Source: a virus. Taken from it: DNA of 64,000 bases. The notes below the pieces were generated by a model that was given only the letters and a program-made list of their open reading frames with translations, did not search any database and was not told where the DNA came from. Positions 59,055 through 64,000 of the stretch are shown one piece after another (positions within the stretch are counted from its first letter, which is position 1; every line of letters begins with the position of its first letter). The translations under genes were made by a program, and so were the position numbers. The stretch is taken from positions 42,877 through 106,876 of IMG/VR virus record IMGVR_UViG_3300003324_000465, one strand, 5' to 3'.

Positions 59055-59316
59055 GTTATACATAAAGATTATTAAGCATGGGTAGATACATGTGTGTTTC
59101 TGTAGTGACCTTTACTATATCTAACATACAGGAAAGATAGTATTTATGTATATACATGCGCGCTATGTAATTAAGTCTTTTATATCTATAATGACTAGCT
59201 ACTAGCATGGCCCTGTAGATAATTCCGTAAGACATAGGCGGTGATACTCTACATGTTGGTTGTTTTTCTATATGAATGCTACATATAGAAAGGGTATAAA
59301 AGCCGCGCATTATTAT

Positions 59317-59392
59317 GGCTCTATGGTATAATGGTTCATTATAACAGCCTGTCAAGTTGTAGATAGCAGTTCAATTCTGCTTAGGGCCGCCA
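59317..59392 (+). tRNA. tRNA-Asp(GTC)
   Basis: ACAGC-CTGTCAA-GTTGT, G73, CCA. Confidence 0.88.
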
Positions 59393-59593
59393 TTAAAAGA
59401 AAGAGACATAGCTAAATGAAATTGCTGTGTAGCGTTATTTTAAGAATTTCCATAGGATTTATGTATGTAGATTCTTTTCTATTTCGTGTTCATAAGAGAT
59501 ATATTTCAGAATTAAATGCTAATGAAAGGATTGCATTTATACTGATCTTCCTATTTATCCTTATAGTTACCATTGAACATGCAAAACAATATA

Positions 59594-59917
59594 ATGATTG
59601 TGAATGACACTGATCTTGAAAAGTATGGACAGCGTTTAATATCGCGGCGCATATTATTTGCAGAAGAAGCATATATTAGTAATAAAGATGGATATGTATT
59701 TATGCCGCTGGTGGATGATGTTATTTTAGACGTTGGATCTGGAAGGATGTATAGAATACTATCCGACAATAAAAGAAGAGTCAATATTAAATTCTTATCA
59801 AGAGAATATAGACATCTAAAAACAGATACATGGGATTTTCTTAATAGAATTGATCCTATAACACATTTATATATACCAGAGATGAATCTACACAGAAGAA
59901 AAAGAAAGGGAACATAA
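59594..59917 (+). CDS. hypothetical protein
   Basis: Plus-strand ORF in the operon; start uncertain. Confidence 0.5.
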   Translation: MIVNDTDLEKYGQRLISRRILFAEEAYISNKDGYVFMPLVDDVILDVGSGRMYRILSDNKRRVNIKFLSREYRHLKTDTWDFLNRIDPITHLYIPEMNLHRRKRKGT

Positions 59918-59921
59918 TATC

Positions 59922-60122
59922 ATGGAAAAAGCTTTAGTTGCAGCACTCATTATGCTCACTATTTCAATGGGGTTTCAGTTATATACAATAGTAGTCAATT
60001 GGAGTAATGATGATATATCTGCTGTTTTAGGTTTAGGATTTTCTATTATTGTATGGCTCATTATTATGGGCGCATCTATTCATTATATGACTTCTATCAT
60101 GCCTTTACTATTGGGAAGATAG
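59922..60122 (+). CDS. small membrane protein
   Basis: Two hydrophobic segments. Confidence 0.55.
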   Translation: MEKALVAALIMLTISMGFQLYTIVVNWSNDDISAVLGLGFSIIVWLIIMGASIHYMTSIMPLLLGR

Positions 60123-60123
60123 C

Positions 60124-60492
60124 ATGATACATTATGGCATGAATCGTTTTGTATTTACGTTTGGACATTATGTCATAAAATTTCCTATATTTTGGCGCGA
60201 CGACCAAGCATTTATTCGCGGATTGTTATCTAATATACTAGAGCGTGTACGCTATAAACTATCACATAAACATCCTGCACTTATGCCTATAATATACTGT
60301 TTTCCTTTTGGGTTATTTCTTATTATGCGTAGATGTCCTATAATATTGCGCCGCAAATTAACAACGGAAGAATTAGAAGAATTACCATTTATCAATATAG
60401 ATAATAATGAGCGTAATATGGGAATATATAAACATCATATTGTGTGGTTTGATTATGGTAATCCTGATATGCGCTTAAAGGAGATAACGTGA
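60124..60492 (+). CDS. minimal protein-kinase-like protein
   Basis: YVIKFP, N..E, IDNNERNMG, WFDYG in kinase motif order. Confidence 0.55.
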   Translation: MIHYGMNRFVFTFGHYVIKFPIFWRDDQAFIRGLLSNILERVRYKLSHKHPALMPIIYCFPFGLFLIMRRCPIILRRKLTTEELEELPFINIDNNERNMGIYKHHIVWFDYGNPDMRLKEIT

Positions 60493-60686
60493 AAGACTTA
60501 TACATATTTTATTTTGTATATAATGGTGATGAAGATAAGTATGCGGGTATATTAAGTGCTATAGCAATAGCTGAAACAGAAGAAAAAGCGCGCAAATTAT
60601 TTAATAAACATCAATCTGAATCGTTACGTTTACAACATAAAAAACCAATTAAGACAAAAGTTATCGATATTAGGTGGGGTAGATAA
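60489..60686 (+). CDS. hypothetical protein
   Basis: GTGA-coupled, AAGGAG SD. Confidence 0.55.
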   Translation: MKDLYIFYFVYNGDEDKYAGILSAIAIAETEEKARKLFNKHQSESLRLQHKKPIKTKVIDIRWGR

Positions 60687-60690
60687 TAAA

Positions 60691-60814
60691 GATGCTATAA
60701 GTCTAACCGATAATGGACGTAATGTTTATTATAGGATGATCTCTATAATGGACTGTACGTAAAAAGACCGTTTGATCAATGGTCTCAATGAGCGTTCGAG
60801 TCGCTCTAGCATCT
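60691..60814 (+). ncRNA. elongated tRNA-like RNA (about 124 nt)
   Basis: GATGCTA/TAGCATC acceptor, GAGCG-TTCGAGT-CGCTC T arm, long anticodon-position hairpin and 8-bp variable arm. Confidence 0.65.
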
Positions 60815-60832
60815 ATTAGTATTGAGGTAATA

Positions 60833-61012
60833 ATGAGTAAATTATATAAATTGCGTCGCGATATTAAAAGAAATCCTAGTAAATATATTAATGCATCGTG
60901 GAATAATCATATAAAAGGCGCTTATTTCATATATAAAGATGAAATAATTACAGATACATGGAGTAGAAGTTATAAGAAATTTATAACAAAGGTGTTGAAA
61001 GAGATACAATAA
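60833..61012 (+). CDS. hypothetical basic protein
   Basis: GAGG SD before MSKLYK. Confidence 0.55.
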   Translation: MSKLYKLRRDIKRNPSKYINASWNNHIKGAYFIYKDEIITDTWSRSYKKFITKVLKEIQ

Positions 61013-61013
61013 T

Positions 61014-61100
61014 GGAAGATTGACAGAGCATGGTAATGTGAAGTCCTGCTAAGACTATGCCGCTGTAATAGGCGCAAAGGTTCAAATCCTTTATCTTCCG
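61014..61100 (+). tRNA. tRNA-Ser(GCT)
   Basis: AGTC-CTGCTAA-GACT, long variable arm, G73; CCA not encoded. Confidence 0.85.
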
Positions 61101-61317
61101 TTGTCAATAACTGCGCGCATTTTATTATAAGAAGGAAAAAAGTATGTTGTTTGATGTTGTATTTTGTAATGATAGTGGAATATTACGAATACGTGTTACA
61201 AATGATAGTGCTGGTAAAGATGCTATATTACGTCCTGTATACCATAATATGTTGACTATGAGTATAGGTGATTATCTACTATTGAATGATAAATACTATA
61301 TAGTAAGATTAAGTTAA

Positions 61318-61406
61318 CGAAGGTCAACCCGATTGGTGACGGGAATTGTCTTGAAAACATTTGAGCCTAATAAGCCTTAAGCGTTCGACTCGCTTACCTT
61401 CGGCCA
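61318..61406 (+). tRNA. tRNA-Ser(TGA)
   Basis: CTTGAAA loop, long variable arm, GCCA. Confidence 0.85.
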
Positions 61407-61615
61407 ATAATAAAGAAAGGAATACTATATGAGGTTATGCGCTGTTATAGAGTGCGGAGTTTGTCATAGAGTAACAGTAATTATTTTGGATAATGGAATA
61501 CATTATTGCTCAAATAATGCATGTCACGCTACCTTAATTATTGCAAATGACATAAATGCAATGATTAAAAATAATTCAATAATTCAATATACATATGAAT
61601 GTTGAAAGGCTTTAT

Positions 61616-61873
61616 ATGAATACATGTCCGGTTTGTACATATAATGATGAAGATGTTGCACTATTAAATATATATAATGTTACAATGACGATTTGTAACG
61701 AATGTGGTAGTATTCATATACAAGATACAGGGCAGATAATACGTATGCAACAGCATAATTTTATTGTTAAAACTAATCCTTTTACATTGCCTGGATTTGT
61801 TGCTGTTGCATGGGCAGTAGGCGAAGTTAATAATGTTTGGTTGTATATTAAACAAGAACTGGATAATAAATAA
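61616..61873 (+). CDS. Zn-ribbon protein
   Basis: CPVC..CNECG. Confidence 0.55.
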   Translation: MNTCPVCTYNDEDVALLNIYNVTMTICNECGSIHIQDTGQIIRMQQHNFIVKTNPFTLPGFVAVAWAVGEVNNVWLYIKQELDNK

Positions 61874-62381
61874 TGAAGTTTACTATAGCGGTTATTCCAG
61901 ATAATCAGCAAGAAGAACAAACTATTATAGACATTATAGATAGCTATGGGCTACTTACGGATAAGAATAAGAATAATACAATAACATTACGTTTTAATAG
62001 CCATACCACTTTCATATTTATTGCATCTATGCTTGTGGAATACTATGCAGGAATATAGGAAAAAATACACATGATTATTCTTATCGATATTAGTGACACT
62101 GGTTTAAGGCCGGGACATGTGCGCGCTACTCAATTTGTTGCACCATCTATGATAACAAGTGCAGTATTTATAGCTTTTTTTAATGGTGATGAGTTCTATA
62201 TTATTAAAAGCCCTTGGGCACGTATTAATGTATATGGTAAAATAGATGATCTTTCTGAGTTAGTTGAGTATCATATTGCAAGGATTATCAATAAGTGAAT
62301 AAGATACACATAGTTATTGATCAAATAAACGAATATGGCCAAACAGTAGCACAAGTTAGATAAATATATATTTGTCGATAT

Positions 62382-62453
62382 GGTGTAGTTCGTATAACGG
62401 TAGTATGATATATTGTGAATATATAGGAGACGGTTCGATTCCGTTACTGCACA
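62382..62453 (+). tRNA. tRNA-His(GTG)
   Basis: G-1, ATATA-TTGTGAA-TATAT; A73 followed by CTA. Confidence 0.82.
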
Positions 62454-62471
62454 CTAAAAAAGGATATAGAT

Positions 62472-62678
62472 ATGCAAATAGTTATAAAAAGAATATCTAT
62501 AATTAGTTCAGAAGTTGAATATTTAACTTATAATGGTGATTGGTCAACAGATAAACAAGATGCTTTATTGTTTGATGCGCAAGATGATCTTAGCGGAGCA
62601 ATGCTTATTGCTAATGTATCCAATAAAGATGATATTACTCATATTTATTTTATAGATTATATAAGGTATAGTAACTAA
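62472..62678 (+). CDS. hypothetical protein
   Basis: AAGGA SD; GDWSTDKQDALLF motif also seen in 63207..63482. Confidence 0.55.
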   Translation: MQIVIKRISIISSEVEYLTYNGDWSTDKQDALLFDAQDDLSGAMLIANVSNKDDITHIYFIDYIRYSN

Positions 62679-63025
62679 TGAATATCTTTGTATATGGTGC
62701 AAATACACAAGGTCGCCATGGTAAAGGGGCTGCTTTAGAGGCAGTACAAAAACATGGAGCAGTGTATGGACGTGTAGGGTTATGTGGTAATTCTTATGGA
62801 GTTATAACAAAAGAATTGCGCGCAAATTATCCACCTATAACAATTAAAGATATAAGTAAAGAAATAGATTTACTCATTATATGCGCCTACGAACATCCAG
62901 ATTATACGTTTATATGTACACCGTTTGGTACAGGTCTTGCTGGATTTTCTCATGATATTATGCGCGCATTGTTTCAAGAAAAAGAAGTACCAAGTAATAT
63001 AATATTGCCTGAAGAATGGAGATAA
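62678..63025 (+). CDS. macrodomain-like phage protein
   Basis: IFVYGANTQGRHGKGAA, GNSYGV.T, TPFGTGLAGF, PSNIILP.EW. Confidence 0.7.
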   Translation: MNIFVYGANTQGRHGKGAALEAVQKHGAVYGRVGLCGNSYGVITKELRANYPPITIKDISKEIDLLIICAYEHPDYTFICTPFGTGLAGFSHDIMRALFQEKEVPSNIILPEEWR

Positions 63026-63206
63026 TGATATGGAAGTAGAAGTAAGACTTATATCTTATACTGGTATTCATGGTATTGTTGAATATAATCATATAAGATA
63101 TTCTATCGAATTATCATGGCTAAGATCACATGTTGTTGACGACGTTTACACAATCTATGATTCTTTTCTAAATCCTAAGAATATTGTTACGGGTAAATAA
63201 TTAATT

Positions 63207-63482
63207 ATGTGGATTTGTCATATTTGTGGACAAGAAAATAATCCAGAAGAACATGCTCTATTTTGTGAAAATTGCGGTCAACAGCGTAAACTGACAAAAG
63301 GATATGTATTGCGCATGATTGTTGAAAGATACCGCGTATTTTATTATACTGAAAATGGTAAATGGACTTCTGATGATGAGGATGCTTTATTATTTCCAGA
63401 TAGTGAAATACCTGCGCAATTATATAGTAATTTAGATTTTAATTGTTGTACATATACTATGATCTATACAGAAAGGGTATAA
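63207..63482 (+). CDS. RanBP-type Zn-finger protein
   Basis: WICHICG..N....FCENCG. Confidence 0.6.
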   Translation: MWICHICGQENNPEEHALFCENCGQQRKLTKGYVLRMIVERYRVFYYTENGKWTSDDEDALLFPDSEIPAQLYSNLDFNCCTYTMIYTERV

Positions 63483-63934
63483 TGTTTACTTTACAAGATG
63501 CTATGAAATTAGCAATAAATGCTTTTGGTGATCAAAAAGATAAAAGTGGGCGGGAATTATCAGTATGGCATTCATTTCGTGTAGCTGAAATGCTTTCCGA
63601 TCCTATCGATCAAATGATAGCTCTATTACATGATGTGTTGGAAGATACGGAAATAACGGTAAATGTTTTGTATACATTAGATGTGCCGCGAGAAGTTATC
63701 GATACTGTTATAGAGCTTACTCGTTCCAAAGAGAGGTATTTTGATTATATTGATCGTATTAAGTCGCCGCGAGGTATTAAAGTAAAATTAGCAGATATTG
63801 TAGATAATTGTAATAGACTCCATACATTGCTCAATGTAATAGAAAAAGCATCTATGCATAATAGATATATAAAAGCATATAATATTCTTATAAATAAACT
63901 TTATGAATTAAGTACAGACATAAACAGTACATAA
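63482..63934 (+). CDS. HD-domain hydrolase (SpoT/Mesh1-like small alarmone hydrolase)
   Basis: GDQKDKSG, H..RVA, ALLHDVLEDT, VKLADIVDN. Confidence 0.85.
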   Translation: MFTLQDAMKLAINAFGDQKDKSGRELSVWHSFRVAEMLSDPIDQMIALLHDVLEDTEITVNVLYTLDVPREVIDTVIELTRSKERYFDYIDRIKSPRGIKVKLADIVDNCNRLHTLLNVIEKASMHNRYIKAYNILINKLYELSTDINST

Positions 63935-63945
63935 TTCATGAGTAA

Positions 63946-64000
63946 TGACGTTTCTTCTAATGGTAGGAAACGACGCTTTGAACGTCGATAATGTGGGTTC
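63946..64000 (+). tRNA. tRNA-Gln(TTG), truncated by the window edge
   Basis: CGACG-CTTTGAA-CGTCG, GGGTTC at the window end. Confidence 0.85.

Noticed and set aside
45876-59784. Minus-strand ORFs and ORFs overlapping tRNAs in the RNA region (e.g. 45876..46115, 53154..53441, 53604..53834, 55171..55551)
   Set aside because: They overlap tRNAs or structured RNA, oppose the promoters or lack SD sequences

Overview
AT-rich (roughly one third GC by eye) 64-kb segment of a large tailed dsDNA phage, probably siphovirus-like; no integrase or repressor is visible. The left arm (about 1-37.7 kb, minus strand) has replication and recombination genes (methyltransferase, PD-(D/E)XK nuclease, RecA, PolA, resolvase, DnaB, primase, SSB), a glycosyltransferase, the head/tail module, class II RNR and dUTPase. 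The right arm (about 38-64 kb, plus strand) has terminase, portal, lysis genes and an 18-kb RNA-rich region. The tape-measure and tail-tube genes are each split by a group I intron whose splice sites I reconstructed by hand (GIY-YIG and LAGLIDADG endonucleases respectively), and the terminase carries an intein. The RNA-rich region holds about 23 near-canonical tRNAs, six tRNA mimics with non-decoding anticodon arms, many stem-closed RNA modules in the tRNA spacers, and a Ro60/TROVE gene preceded by five tandem Y-RNA-like genes with a shared scaffold and different internal domains. That cluster is the best candidate for an undescribed system. Two dispersed DNA repeat families (CGCGGGCAATTA and a roughly 90-bp inverted-repeat-bounded element) and 11-bp-spaced CTTAAC boxes at the tRNA-region promoters are also present. 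All calls are from manual motif reading; no searches were run.
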